DNA of 63,982 nucleotides, filler included, from Circinaria calcarea (Eukaryota), in NCBI GenBank assembly GCA_051942165.1. It is 7 parts of 7 records of this genome, joined end to end, with 100 filler letters (N's around TTAATTAATTAA, not from the genome) between each part and the next. Parts side by side here need not be neighbours in the genome. Positions count along the whole stretch, not along the records: positions 55,161 to 63,982 come from JAVECS010001041.1; 6 more parts are not named here. The stretch is one strand, 5' to 3'. Positions 63,333-63,982 of this stretch are shown one piece after another (within the stretch, counting starts at the first letter, position 1; every line of letters starts with the position of its first letter). Below the pieces are notes generated by a model that saw only the letters and a program-made list of their open reading frames with translations, was not told the origin of the DNA and did no database searches. A program made the position numbers and the translations under genes.

Positions 63333-63982
63333 ATGGATCCATTGTCAGTCTCCGCATCCATTATCGGACTGCTCGCTGTGGCGGCCAAGGTCACTGTACT
63401 CCTGACAGTGCTCGTGGATAGCGCAAAGGCGATACCTCAGCTGGTCCAGAGCGTGCTCACGGAAGTCTCCGATATCAGCGCCTGCCTTGGTCAATTGCAA
63501 GCTTTCCTGACGGGGGCAAAGTCGGCGTCCAGGTCCCGAACGTCCCTCATTATGGTCGAGCAGGTCGTCGTAATCCTTGCAGGATGCGTATCTACCTTCT
63601 CGGAACTGGAGGCTGTTGCGGAGAGGTTGAAGACCGAGCAACCGATTCGCGCCTTAGAGAAGCTTAAATGGGCAAGAAAGGAGGGTGATATCTCAAAGAT
63701 ACTAGGGCGACTTCAGGCTTCGAAGTCGTCTTTGAATCTTATCCTTGCAGTGCTAACATGGTACATTCTCTCAGAAATACCTCATGTGCTCCAGTGCTGA
63801 CAGATAAACTAATCGAACTCCAGTTCCTCTGTAGAAGAGGCACAAGCGTCAATCGTCGACCTCCATATTCTTGTCCAACGAGTACTTGAGAGTAATGAAG
63901 ATATGTCTCGGCGTCTAAGGAGTCTTGAATTGCAGCCAGGTGCTTCTATCCGATGCGCCGGATCTACACATCGTAGCATTTC
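63333..63982 (+). CDS. Fungal HeLo-like/STAND N-terminal domain protein, runs off the window
   Basis: MDPLSVSASIIGLL...LKWARKE...LQASKSSLNLIL, an intron, then SSVEEAQ...VLESNEDMSRRL. Confidence 0.75.

Overview
Genomic DNA of a filamentous ascomycete (Pezizomycotina), with intron-containing genes and GT-AG splice sites. The window is not one locus. It is seven contigs joined by identical artificial 100-bp linkers (N44-TTAATTAATTAA-N44). The five complete contigs fall steadily in length (9101, 9098, 9094, 9083, 9073 bp), so this is a size-sorted concatenation and gene adjacency across linkers carries no meaning. Core genes: GCIP-like protein, LRR protein, RPL13, unsplit CAND1, PLAC8 protein, dephospho-CoA kinase, CFIm25, Ste23/IDE protease, probable TFIIIA C-terminus, Pro1/NosA and a SAM-PH protein. 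Accessory segments: (contig 1) P450 relic, O-methyltransferase, damaged laccase, a solo LTR with a perfect TSD and a HeLo-like N-terminus; (contig 3) a heavy-metal P1B ATPase and a UbiA-type (Fma-TC-like) membrane terpene cyclase facing a Pth11-like gene and a P450, each with a single nonsense codon and bracketed by two copies of a MITE-like element; (contig 6) an intronless secondary-metabolism-type UbiA aromatic prenyltransferase and an MFS efflux pump. The best candidate for an undescribed system is the UbiA terpene cyclase/P450 mini-cluster with its flanking MITEs. All family assignments come from motif recognition by eye; no database searches were run.
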